Sequence record: MZ443783.1 | Direction: 5' to 3' (one strand) | Length of the DNA stretch: 64,000 nucleotides | Shown: positions 1 to 8,869 of the stretch, piece by piece | How the letters are laid out: each line of letters starts with the position of its first letter | Numbering within the stretch: the first letter of the stretch is position 1 | Notes under the pieces: model-generated | Databases searched by the model: none | The model's input: the letters and a program-made list of their open reading frames with translations, nothing else | What the model was told of the DNA's origin: nothing | Made by a program: the position numbers and the translations under genes

Positions 1-2148
1 GAAGGTTCAACCGATGCCGAGTACGTTGCTGGTCAGTTGAAAACGTTCGGCGTTAAGGTCGACCCGAAAACTATCTTCGGTGTGCGTGACGATAAAGACG
101 GTAGCTGGATCGTTAAGCCTAAGATCCGTTACTACGCACCAGACAACGGTGAGCGCTTCTTCGATTATATGTCGATGCTGCGTCGTCGTCTGCCTGACAA
201 AATCGTTGAGAAAGACGGCACCGCGTATTACATCTTTGAGAACAACAAAGAGAACGCGAAGAAGCTGGCAGGCAAGTACGATAAGAAATGGTTCAGCCGT
301 AACAACCAGTTCAAAGTACCTGCGCCAGACGGCCACATGCAGGCGATGGTTATCGTTGACTCCTATCCTGCGATGATGCCAGATCAGGTCGATGACGATG
401 ACGGCTCGAAAGCAATGGCGTTGCAAGCGCGTATGTTCTCTGACGGCATCAAACGTTTCCGTGGTGGTATGCGTCGTAAGATGATGACCATCGTGGGCGT
501 TAACCAGTTGCGTCAGAAGCCTGCTGTGATGTTCGGTAGCCCTGAGTACGAGCCTGGTGGTGACGCGTTGAAGTTCTACTGCTTCGACCGTGACACTCTG
601 ATTCGTACTGACCACGGCGTATTGACTGCACCGCAGATTAAAGCGCTGATGGACGAAGGCAAAGAAGTTGCCGTTGAGTCGTTCGATGGTTATCAGAAAA
701 TCAACGGCGCATGGCTTGTCAATGACGCTCCGTTCCCGTTCGAACTGAATGCTGGTGGTCATGTGTATGTTGGCTCGGCCGAACATCGCCAGTTCACGTT
801 CATGCACGATCTGACTGCCGAAGGTACTCCAGTTCTGCGTCCTGAATGGAACACGCTGAATCAACTGGCGCAGTACCCAGAGCAGAAAGGTCAGTACGCT
901 GGTCTGCGTGTACCACCAGTTAAGGAACTGAAAGAGAATGTTCCTGACGCCTTCGATGAAGCCTCACAACTGGTAAGCAATCTGCTTGGAAACTGCGACC
1001 CTGTTAGCAAGCAACTGCCGCTGGTGACTCACGGTGATACCACCTACGCTGCAAACTGTCTGTTCATCGACACTGTGGGCGAAGACACCGACACTGGTTC
1101 GTTCTCGTTCTGGGTAGAGAAGTTACTGGCCATCGGCGTATTTGCTTACGCTGACGAAAGCGGTATCTGGATTCCAGGTCTGAACAAACACGAACTGGAA
1201 GCGGCTGTAGCGCAGGACGAACTCGGTGCGTTTGCTGGTATCAGTTTTGAAGCGACCTGTCGTCAACGTCAGACTCAAATGCTGACCGTGATTGTCGATC
1301 ACTTCCCTGAGCTGGTACGTTACGTTCTGGACTATCAGTTGCAGACGGGCAAAGACAAAATCTATCTGGCGCCTGAGAACGACTTCGCACAAGCGCTTGA
1401 CCTGATTCTGCACAAAGAGATCGCTGGTTACGACGACTACTATGACCTGCTGATGTTCCAGCTGGCGTATGTCGATGACTGGTACAACTTCGATTCCTCA
1501 ATTCTGCCTGTGCCGTTTACGCTTCGTGCGCTCAACGAACAGCGTGAGTTCTGGGACGTGAACGTTGAAGAAACGTCGGTAGTAATCACCAACGGCTTCG
1601 TCAGTCACAACAGCGACGTGCGTGTGCGACTGGCTTCTCGTGCGGTACCAGAAGGCTGGCCGAAACTGAAAGATGCTCCTGGCATCGTCGGTGAGAAGTC
1701 GGTAACAGTTGAAGGAGGTACTGACCGCTATCGCTTCATCGCTGCTAAGACCATCAAGAACAAGATGGGCGGCATCCCTAACCAGCAGACGTGGTTACGT
1801 TTGTGGGAAGCTGACGGTAACGGTGAAGCTCGCGGTTTCGACCCAGTGTTCGATACGTGGCACTACCTGAAAACTCTGGGTCTGGTCAATGGTAGCCGTA
1901 AGTCGTTCAAGCTGAAAGCTCCGTGCCCGCTCGCATCTGATGTTAAGATGGATTGGGATGACTTCCGTACACTCATCAACGGCAGCAAAGAACAAGTTGT
2001 TGGCGTGTGTAAGAAACTGAAAGTCAAACCTGCGGGCCTGCGTCTGTGGTGCTTCAAGTTCGTTCAGTCCACTAAGGGCAACGAAATGTTGAAGAACGCA
2101 ATCAGTAAGTCTGCCAAGAAGTCTGATGACGACGACGGCGACGAGTAA
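1..2148 (+). CDS. recA: RecA/UvsX recombinase, intein-containing, 5'-truncated by window edge
   Basis: Frame is open from base 1. RecA motifs VIVDSYPAM (Walker B), LQARMFS, VNQLRQKPAVMFGSPEYEPGGDALKFY|SDVRVRL and AAKTIKNK. Confidence 0.93.
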   Translation, partial: EGSTDAEYVAGQLKTFGVKVDPKTIFGVRDDKDGSWIVKPKIRYYAPDNGERFFDYMSMLRRRLPDKIVEKDGTAYYIFENNKENAKKLAGKYDKKWFSRNNQFKVPAPDGHMQAMVIVDSYPAMMPDQVDDDDGSKAMALQARMFSDGIKRFRGGMRRKMMTIVGVNQLRQKPAVMFGSPEYEPGGDALKFYCFDRDTLIRTDHGVLTAPQIKALMDEGKEVAVESFDGYQKINGAWLVNDAPFPFELNAGGHVYVGSAEHRQFTFMHDLTAEGTPVLRPEWNTLNQLAQYPEQKGQYAGLRVPPVKELKENVPDAFDEASQLVSNLLGNCDPVSKQLPLVTHGDTTYAANCLFIDTVGEDTDTGSFSFWVEKLLAIGVFAYADESGIWIPGLNKHELEAAVAQDELGAFAGISFEATCRQRQTQMLTVIVDHFPELVRYVLDYQLQTGKDKIYLAPENDFAQALDLILHKEIAGYDDYYDLLMFQLAYVDDWYNFDSSILPVPFTLRALNEQREFWDVNVEETSVVITNGFVSHNSDVRVRLASRAVPEGWPKLKDAPGIVGEKSVTVEGGTDRYRFIAAKTIKNKMGGIPNQQTWLRLWEADGNGEARGFDPVFDTWHYLKTLGLVNGSRKSFKLKAPCPLASDVKMDWDDFRTLINGSKEQVVGVCKKLKVKPAGLRLWCFKFVQSTKGNEMLKNAISKSAKKSDDDDGDE
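580..1611 (+). mobile_element. Intein (344 aa) in RecA
   Basis: Starts CFDRDTLI (block A), has SAEH (block B), ends NGFVSHN followed by +1 Ser. Removal restores ALKFY-SDVRVRL. Confidence 0.92.
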
Positions 2149-2154
2149 TAAATA

Positions 2155-2180
2155 GGCGGGCTTCGGCTCGCCCTTTCTTT
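2155..2180 (+). terminator. Intrinsic terminator after recA
   Basis: GGCGGGC-TTCG-GCTCGCC then CTTTCTTT. Confidence 0.8.
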
Positions 2181-2190
2181 GGAGAAAGAA

Positions 2191-2619
2191 ATGCGCACTC
2201 AAATCTATACGGCTGATATCGTCAATCTGGAAACAGTGGTCGTTGACGAAGAAGGTCAAGAGACACGCAGTCCGACAATCGTTCCTAATCTCGAAGGCGA
2301 ACGTGATCTGACTGTTAGCACTCTCGGTACTATCATGGCTACCGTGACCGCTGAACCAAATCCTGACGCTCGCATGATCGTTCTGGTGTCACGCGCTCTG
2401 TTCCCTGCTTTCGCAGACCCTGAAGGTGACCTGTTCGATATCTTCGATCCGATCGAACGTGTTGCTGATGTTGTTGCTGGAAACGTCGGCAGCATTCTCG
2501 GTATGCAGGTAGTAATCAACGATAAGTCCGACGACAACGTTCTGGCTATCGCTGATGTTCTTGATACCGAAGCTGGCGTTACTATTCGCACCTTCGGCGC
2601 TGCGCTCGTTCGCGCGTAA
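2191..2619 (+). CDS. Hypothetical protein
   Basis: ATG 2191 after GGAG; no family motif recognised. Confidence 0.8.
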   Translation: MRTQIYTADIVNLETVVVDEEGQETRSPTIVPNLEGERDLTVSTLGTIMATVTAEPNPDARMIVLVSRALFPAFADPEGDLFDIFDPIERVADVVAGNVGSILGMQVVINDKSDDNVLAIADVLDTEAGVTIRTFGAALVRA

Positions 2620-2625
2620 GTAAAC

Positions 2626-2653
2626 TTGTGCGGGATAATGCTTTCCCGCACAA
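2626..2653. repeat. Perfect 10-bp inverted repeat
   Basis: TTGTGCGGGA-N8-TCCCGCACAA. Confidence 0.85.
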
Positions 2654-2660
2654 TCCCTCT

Positions 2661-2713
2661 CTCGATAGGCAATACGCCACGAGAAAACAAACCACTCGAT
2701 AGGCAATACGCCA
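2661..2713. repeat. 19-bp direct repeat, two copies, 34-bp period
   Basis: CTCGATAGGCAATACGCCA at 2661-2679 and 2695-2713. Confidence 0.95.
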
Positions 2714-2723
2714 GGAGTAATGT

Positions 2724-3425
2724 ATGAAAAAGATTCAACACGTAACACTTCCGACCGATGCACTCAACGGACTCATTCATGGCTATTACCACCATAGCAA
2801 AACCACTGATGAATTTTGCAGATCGTTGATCTATATTGACGTTACCGACCGCAGCGCCTCAGATGCGCTGTATGCTATATTGAAACGTGAGCCGACAAAA
2901 GGCATTGTCCCTATGGGATATGATTGCTTACGAGAAGCACGTGGGCACACTGCTCCAGCACAACTCGCAATCGTATTGTCCAACAACCTGTTGCATATAG
3001 ATAATACGAAGATGGCTGGAGGCGTACAGGCCATCTTTAACGCTCTGGCCAGAACCACGCACACCAACGATACTCAAATAACTGTGTACGGCGAGCCTGG
3101 AGTAAGTAAGATTCTCAACATAATGCGCGACATTCAATATAAAGAATATATTAACGCGCCTGAATCCGACATTGTGCTTGGCGACTTTAACCTTGAGTCG
3201 AACATGACTATAGACCATTTCGTTCACATGGCTATCGATCCTAAGTTCGAAGAAGCTATCCGCAATTCTCCTGCCACAGAATTTAAACTGGGCAGCAGTT
3301 TCATGTTCATGCACCCAGATGAATTGACTAAGGTTGTACGCATGGTCCGCCGTTGCAGTAAAATCTGCATCATGCACCCTGACATTCATCGCTATTACTT
3401 TGAGAACGTAATCTGTAAATACTAA
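2724..3425 (+). CDS. Hypothetical protein, paralog of 4575..5342
   Basis: GGAG RBS. C-terminal FMHPDEL..KICIMHPDIHRYYFE matches the pattern in 4575. Confidence 0.8.
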   Translation: MKKIQHVTLPTDALNGLIHGYYHHSKTTDEFCRSLIYIDVTDRSASDALYAILKREPTKGIVPMGYDCLREARGHTAPAQLAIVLSNNLLHIDNTKMAGGVQAIFNALARTTHTNDTQITVYGEPGVSKILNIMRDIQYKEYINAPESDIVLGDFNLESNMTIDHFVHMAIDPKFEEAIRNSPATEFKLGSSFMFMHPDELTKVVRMVRRCSKICIMHPDIHRYYFENVICKY

Positions 3426-3473
3426 TCACCAAACCGAACACATTGCTGTGTGTAGTCTAGCCCGACTTGGGCA

Positions 3474-3504
3474 GGGGAGAGCCGGATGGCCTCCCCATTT
3501 TTTT
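3474..3504 (+). terminator. Intrinsic terminator
   Basis: GGGGAG(A)GCC-GGAT-GGCCTCCCC followed by ATTTTTTT. Confidence 0.75.
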
Positions 3505-3527
3505 ATCTACACGCTGCGGAGAACAGT

Positions 3528-4529
3528 ATGTCTAAAACGAAGTCAACTCCACAGACCTTCCTCGACCTATTCTTAAAGGATGTTAAGCTCTTTCTGCCAA
3601 GGTTCGACAAAGGACTGGACGCGTACTTATTGAAGTGCAAAGGCAAGCCGGGTCCTTATGGCGTATCGCTTCATCAATACATGAAGTGGCTAAATCCTGT
3701 AGCGCGACTTCCTGCCAACGCAAGCGAAGTGTCTATCATCACATCAGGCTACCTGCATTACTTTTGGCAACTCGCTAAACCTAACTTTGTGTTGGAGCCT
3801 GTGCTTGTCAATCATTTGGTTGAGTCTGTGTTGCCTGACGAACTCCCGGCTGAGATTCTTCAACGTCTGCCTTACTGGAGTCAGTGGATTACGTTGCCTC
3901 TGCATCTGGTAAGCAAAGACAATATTCTGGATCTGGACTTCGATGGTGCTTTCGTTGGGTATACATCAATCGACAACAGACCTGCGCTTGTCCTTGCGGC
4001 ACCGTTTGTTTCCAACAATCAAAACATGCGCTCGAACGACTTCACACCGTTCGTTACATCGCATGTATTTCTTGATGCTCCTGTACGTCCAGAGTTTTTG
4101 GTAAGGAACAGCCACATACTCAACGTTGATGCAGACGCAATGAGCAAAGAAGCATACACCGTATTGATAATGAACATTCACCACTTCCTGGTGAAAGTGA
4201 TCAACTGTGTCATGTATATCTGCTCGCAACAGGAAGCACTGTATCAGGAAGGTCATTCTCAACCTAAGCCGCAGCGTCTAGGTAAGAGCTATCGCATCAC
4301 GCCACCGAAAGATGATCGCATGATCACGGTGGGCGCCGAGATGACCAAGATACTCAAAGACTTCGAAGCAGAAGTCGAATCGTGTGCTCGCGCTTTCAAT
4401 GGGCGTAAGCCGCATATACGAAAAGCGCACTACCACCACTTCTGGACAGGACCGAAAGTAGGAGTTCGTACCCTTGTCTGTAAGTGGTTGCCACCAAGTA
4501 TTGTTCGCGGCACCATCGTAGAGCAATAA
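3528..4529 (+). CDS. AcrVA2-like protein (anti-CRISPR/FinQ-related family)
   Basis: ATG 3528 after GGAG. LPDELPAEILQRLPYW and C-terminal KPHIRKAHYHHFWTG..KWLPPSIV match AcrVA2 motifs as recalled. Confidence 0.7.
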   Translation: MSKTKSTPQTFLDLFLKDVKLFLPRFDKGLDAYLLKCKGKPGPYGVSLHQYMKWLNPVARLPANASEVSIITSGYLHYFWQLAKPNFVLEPVLVNHLVESVLPDELPAEILQRLPYWSQWITLPLHLVSKDNILDLDFDGAFVGYTSIDNRPALVLAAPFVSNNQNMRSNDFTPFVTSHVFLDAPVRPEFLVRNSHILNVDADAMSKEAYTVLIMNIHHFLVKVINCVMYICSQQEALYQEGHSQPKPQRLGKSYRITPPKDDRMITVGAEMTKILKDFEAEVESCARAFNGRKPHIRKAHYHHFWTGPKVGVRTLVCKWLPPSIVRGTIVEQ

Positions 4530-4574
4530 CTTTTATCTCAACTCCACGTATGGGCGTTATGCCCGGAGGCTATT

Positions 4575-5342
4575 ATGAAATCTCGTGTACAACATGCGTA
4601 TATTCCTGATATGGAATCGTTTGACCCTTACGTCCGCTCTCTGTGCCATATGGCGCGAGCACTGGACACACCGAACTCTAACTACGGTAAGTTGAAACGT
4701 GTCGTGATCATCGGTACGTCGAAGCGTGTGGTTGAGGCATACGTTAAGCAGTTACTCAACACAAACACGCTGCCGCACACTCTCATTTGTTTTGGCGTAG
4801 ACGAACCGCCTATCAGTCACCGTGATTATACCTACGCTGGCGCCCACGTTGTGCTGATGCACGATCTGACCTACGTTGATAGCGGCACAATGGACAAGGT
4901 CGCCACGCGTGTGATTGAAATCATCGACAGCCTCAAACAGAAGCCCGGCGAAACAGAACTTAAAAATTCCGAGCTGTCTATGGTGTATTCGAATCCTCTG
5001 CTGTGGCGATCCATTATCGACTACGGTGCTTCCGTTTCTCTGCGCATGAATGGTAGCAATATTGAATACCGTAGCGGTCTGGTGTCGTCTATTGGCTTCG
5101 ATGCGTTGTTACGTTGTGAAAGCAATGCAGACTACCATGAACTTCGCGCTGATAAGATTACGATCGGTCTGGAGTTCTTCTGCGTACACACGGACTACCT
5201 GCTGTCAAAAGTACACAACCTGCTGTGGTCGCTCGCTTGTGACGACTGCAAATTCAAAAAGACGCACCGTATTATCTTCCATGAAGACTTCCGACGCTTA
5301 TTCTTCGAAGAATATCTCTTGAGGGACTTCCAGGGCTTTTAA
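4575..5342 (+). CDS. Hypothetical protein, paralog of 2724..3425
   Basis: GGAGG RBS. C-terminal FCVHTDYL..HRIIFHEDFRRLFFE. Confidence 0.8.
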   Translation: MKSRVQHAYIPDMESFDPYVRSLCHMARALDTPNSNYGKLKRVVIIGTSKRVVEAYVKQLLNTNTLPHTLICFGVDEPPISHRDYTYAGAHVVLMHDLTYVDSGTMDKVATRVIEIIDSLKQKPGETELKNSELSMVYSNPLLWRSIIDYGASVSLRMNGSNIEYRSGLVSSIGFDALLRCESNADYHELRADKITIGLEFFCVHTDYLLSKVHNLLWSLACDDCKFKKTHRIIFHEDFRRLFFEEYLLRDFQGF

Positions 5343-5415
5343 GATTATTCTTAGCCTGCTCTCTAATTTCAATATGTTGGCAAGTAGTGCTGACATATCG
5401 TTATTGGAGAATAAC

Positions 5416-5676
5416 ATGTGCGAACGTAGCCATTTGCGGTTGAAGTACCTCGCACGGTCATCTGGCTGGTGCAATAATAAAGTAAACGCTTGTAGTGAGC
5501 GGAAGGCGAAGAATGTACAATGCGAAGAATTTTTGGCAGCGACCAAAGATTGCCGCAGCGAACAGAAGTCGTCCAGTGTTGTTTCATTCTTCAAAGGTCA
5601 TGAGCTGGTTGGTCAGGCTATATGGCATGAGATAGAGGGAGACAGCACACTTCAATTCCGGTTGCTACTTGCTTAA
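5416..5676 (+). CDS. Small Cys-rich hypothetical protein
   Basis: ATG 5416 after TGGAGA; terminator follows. Confidence 0.55.
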   Translation: MCERSHLRLKYLARSSGWCNNKVNACSERKAKNVQCEEFLAATKDCRSEQKSSSVVSFFKGHELVGQAIWHEIEGDSTLQFRLLLA

Positions 5677-5682
5677 CGACAG

Positions 5683-5723
5683 AGGGCCCATCAGAGTAAT
5701 ATCTGGTGGGCCCTTTCTTCTTT
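5683..5723 (+). terminator. Intrinsic terminator
   Basis: AGGGCCCATCAGA/TCTGGTGGGCCCT stem, then TTCTTCTTT. Confidence 0.75.
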
Positions 5724-5774
5724 CTATGCTAATTTTTAACGTCATTACACACCAACCGACTTCGGGGTATCACT

Positions 5775-7463
5775 ATGTCTTTGATTAAGATCGAAGGCGT
5801 CCAATCATTATCTGCGCCTACCAAAGCCCAGAAAGACGCCGCAATTTATATGTTTGGTTCTAAGGGCCATTCAATCGTCGCCGTACTCGACAAGTTCAGT
5901 CGTGTAAAAGAACTGCGTACTGCCCACATTGACGGTCTGCTCAAGCTGATGAAAGAAGGTGAAGATGACGAGATCGTCAAGTTCACTGCATCGGCTGCTG
6001 GTAAGAAATCTCTGGCTGCGGCCAAGCAATTCGCTACAGCCAAAACTCTGGCTATGTCCATCAAAGCGCTGAAACTGATTCGCGTTCCGATGAAGTGGAT
6101 CGCTGGTCACTCTGATGCAGCAGCGGCCCGTATCACCGAGACGAAAGAAATTCGCGCTCGTAAGACTGCTGGCAACAAGCCAGAGAAGCCAATCAAACTC
6201 GATAATCCTCATGCGCCAGAAGCGACAACGGCCGAACAGACCAAGCAGAACTCTGCCTTGAGCAAAATCTACAAGCTGCCTAAAAACGGCAATGGTTATG
6301 ACAATAAACTGTCTCCGCAGTGGAACGCCCTGATTAAAACAATCAACACTACCTTCAAAGGGATGTTCGCTGCCAAGTGGATCAAAGCCGAAGGTGCTAT
6401 TCGCATCACGCCTAAAGGTCCTGGGTATCGCTCAATCCCTGAAGCCTTCTTGGGTGCTATCCCTGAAGACAATAGCTGGCAGATGTATACCGTGTCACCG
6501 CGCGGGCAGGTTGAAGGCTACGCTATCGGCAATCAACTGACTATGGCTTCTGTTGCTATATTCATGCGTGACTTCATGGCGACCAAGAAGACTCCTGATG
6601 TTGCAGCCATCAATAAGATGGTTGCTGGCGCTACTGCGTTCAACACAGAAGTCCTGCACACCGAAGAGAACAGCCCAGAACTGAAAGAACTGGGTGATGC
6701 TCAACGCAAGCTGGACGCAGAAGGTGTAGCAAAAGGCGCCATCAACTCTGTTACCAAGATCACTTCGGCTAACGTGTCTAAGATTACACGTGGAGCGCAG
6801 ATTAAGATCGAAGAACAGTTGAACAGCAAGCTGGGGAATGTTCTGTATAACGCAAACTTCCGTGAGAAAGGCACCTACCCAGCGCTCGATGGTTACCTGT
6901 TTGAAATGACTCAGGCGACTAAGCATAGCGGTTCGGGCAACAAGTACGCAGCGTTCGCACTGATTCCTCCTCAGAAAGGTACTCAACTTGCAGGTCAGAC
7001 TTGGCGTGTAGCGGCATTTAACATGGGCCGCCAGACTGCCACTGACCTGATTGATATCGGTGCTAAGTTCTCTCTGGCGAAAGTGAAGTCTGCTATCAAA
7101 CAGATTGACGGCGTTTCTTCTGCAAAGTACACACCGTCAGGTAAGTCGCCTGACTCTTTGGTGGATGAAATCGCAGAAACCCCTGCTCGTAAAATCGCAG
7201 CAATGCCTTTACAGGGACGCGAAGAATACTTCAACGCCCTGAACGCTGTCATTCAGCGTAACATGCCTCACGCAAACGTGATTGTGTCTTCTGATGGCCT
7301 GACGATAACAAAAGGCAGTAAGATGCACACCGTGAGCCTGACTGATAAAGGCTGGTTCATTAAGACTGGCGCCACAGGCAAACCAAAACGTATCGGCGTA
7401 ACGTTCGATATTGTTGACCTGCTCGGCATGATCGACAAGAGCATTCTCAAACCTAAAGCGTAA
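5775..7463 (+). CDS. Large Lys/Ala-rich hypothetical protein
   Basis: 562-aa ORF with highly biased codon usage, between two terminators. Confidence 0.85.
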   Translation: MSLIKIEGVQSLSAPTKAQKDAAIYMFGSKGHSIVAVLDKFSRVKELRTAHIDGLLKLMKEGEDDEIVKFTASAAGKKSLAAAKQFATAKTLAMSIKALKLIRVPMKWIAGHSDAAAARITETKEIRARKTAGNKPEKPIKLDNPHAPEATTAEQTKQNSALSKIYKLPKNGNGYDNKLSPQWNALIKTINTTFKGMFAAKWIKAEGAIRITPKGPGYRSIPEAFLGAIPEDNSWQMYTVSPRGQVEGYAIGNQLTMASVAIFMRDFMATKKTPDVAAINKMVAGATAFNTEVLHTEENSPELKELGDAQRKLDAEGVAKGAINSVTKITSANVSKITRGAQIKIEEQLNSKLGNVLYNANFREKGTYPALDGYLFEMTQATKHSGSGNKYAAFALIPPQKGTQLAGQTWRVAAFNMGRQTATDLIDIGAKFSLAKVKSAIKQIDGVSSAKYTPSGKSPDSLVDEIAETPARKIAAMPLQGREEYFNALNAVIQRNMPHANVIVSSDGLTITKGSKMHTVSLTDKGWFIKTGATGKPKRIGVTFDIVDLLGMIDKSILKPKA

Positions 7464-7465
7464 TC

Positions 7466-7494
7466 AAAAGGGGTGGCTTCGGCTGCCCCTTTTT
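7466..7494 (+). terminator. Intrinsic terminator (possibly bidirectional)
   Basis: AAAAGGGGTGGC-TTCG-GCTGCCCCTTTTT. Confidence 0.9.
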
Positions 7495-7520
7495 GCGTCT
7501 ATATGCGCCACAAATCTGAT

Positions 7521-7580
7521 GAACTCTGCACATAATAGGATGAAATCGCCATGTACGCGCCCGTGCGCCCGTGATACAAT
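7521..7580 (+). promoter_or_regulatory. Promoter cassette P1
   Basis: GAACTCTGCA-N7-GGATGAAAT; TG-n-TACAAT at 7575, 37 bp from the GG. Confidence 0.8.
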
Positions 7581-7633
7581 ACACGTAGACGCTACATGTC
7601 GTAGCGCATACAACTACTGCCGAGGGGCACACA

Positions 7634-8008
7634 ATGACTGCTATCAAATTTGATTCTGTTTACGACATTCTTACCGAGATGGACGAATGCGCCAGAGATG
7701 TTGACTTCACCAAGACTCTTGGCTTCGACCCAATCAAAGTAGAAATTCTGCAATGCGGTCTGCAAGAAGATCTCGGCGTGTACGCGTGTTTGCCGAACGC
7801 CACAAACATTCTGATTGCCGATTCGACTGACCTGTTCTCTGAGCACCTTAAAGGTGACGGCGAAATCACAGTCTGCCGAATCTTAACGCCTAACGGCGAG
7901 ATGTTCGATGAGCCAGAAGTCGAAGTCAAACAGCTTGGCACGTTCAATGATTTTGATTCAGCTTATGCTGCATGGTTAGCGGCGATTAACGAAGAAATCG
8001 ACAAATAA
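7634..8008 (+). CDS. Hypothetical protein
   Basis: First gene after P1; GAGG-loop RBS. Confidence 0.85.
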   Translation: MTAIKFDSVYDILTEMDECARDVDFTKTLGFDPIKVEILQCGLQEDLGVYACLPNATNILIADSTDLFSEHLKGDGEITVCRILTPNGEMFDEPEVEVKQLGTFNDFDSAYAAWLAAINEEIDK

Positions 8009-8053
8009 TAGGTCAAAAGCGCTGTAGCAATGCAGCGCTATTTATCGTACTAT
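7995..8053 (+). promoter_or_regulatory. Promoter cassette P2 (overlaps terminator-like hairpin 8018-8043)
   Basis: ACA-N7-GGTCAAAAG; TACTAT at 8048, 37 bp from the GG. Confidence 0.65.
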
Positions 8054-8105
8054 GTAATCTCTGGCGCAATGATGCGCACATACAACACTTGCCGAGGGGC
8101 ACACA

Positions 8106-8807
8106 ATGAAAGCAGCAAACTTTGACGTAGCATTTAACGCGAAAGACGAAGCAACCTTAAACGCATACGCAGCGAAAATTCTCGAAGCGCTTAACGCTCT
8201 GGGGCGTTATGACCTGAAGATCAATATCATCTTCGGCACTGACCCGTTCGGCGAACGCCCTGATTTTGTGAATGACCCGAACGGTTTTCGCGTTACACAG
8301 AACGGCGAAGAAATTTTTGATATCTACACGCCGACAGAAAAACAGATTGAAGGCGATGCGTCAGATGCTTTCATCTACGCTTCATGGGCCGACGGCGAAG
8401 CGCCGTGGGGTAAAGACGTGTCAGACAATGACATTGCAGAAATCGCCGAACACCTGAACGCTGCAATCCCGCGTGTCGGCCGTGTATTCAACGAATCTGA
8501 TCGTCAGATGCTGCAAAAACTCGCCGACACTTTGAACGCTCGTATGGATCGTACCGATGCGCGAGTGATCGTAACGAACGGCGCCGAAGACGATCTCATT
8601 GTTATGGTTGTTGGTTACGACGAAGAAGAAGATGAAGTCAGTGATGAATACGGCTTCTTCTTGAGCCTGCCGTACACCGATGAAGGCGGCACAGACGAGA
8701 AATACAGTCTGCACTACGCTGGCTACCCAGGCGTGAACGACCACTCATATAGCTCTGCTGACCTCGACGAGATCTCAGAAGAAATCGAAGCGCTCGATCT
8801 GCTCTAA
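8106..8807 (+). CDS. Acidic hypothetical protein
   Basis: First gene after P2; GAGG-loop RBS. Confidence 0.85.
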   Translation: MKAANFDVAFNAKDEATLNAYAAKILEALNALGRYDLKINIIFGTDPFGERPDFVNDPNGFRVTQNGEEIFDIYTPTEKQIEGDASDAFIYASWADGEAPWGKDVSDNDIAEIAEHLNAAIPRVGRVFNESDRQMLQKLADTLNARMDRTDARVIVTNGAEDDLIVMVVGYDEEEDEVSDEYGFFLSLPYTDEGGTDEKYSLHYAGYPGVNDHSYSSADLDEISEEIEALDLL

Positions 8808-8869
8808 TCACTAACTAACTGCGGGGTTACGGCCCCGCTTACTTCACAATCTAATTGAGAGAACATGCC

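Larger units (their letters stand above)
7607..8109 (+). repeat. Duplicated 31-nt leader/RBS (7607-7637 and 8079-8109)
   Basis: CATACAAC-N4-GCCGAGGGGCACACAATGA, 28/31 identical. Confidence 0.9.

Noticed and set aside
2661-2713. Direct repeat as a mini CRISPR array
   Set aside because: Only two 19-bp copies with a 15-nt spacer, too short for CRISPR repeats or spacers, and no cas genes.
5298-5594. Minus-strand ORFs in the 5.3-5.7 kb gap
   Set aside because: The + strand ORF at 5416 has an RBS and a downstream terminator; the minus-strand ORFs have neither.
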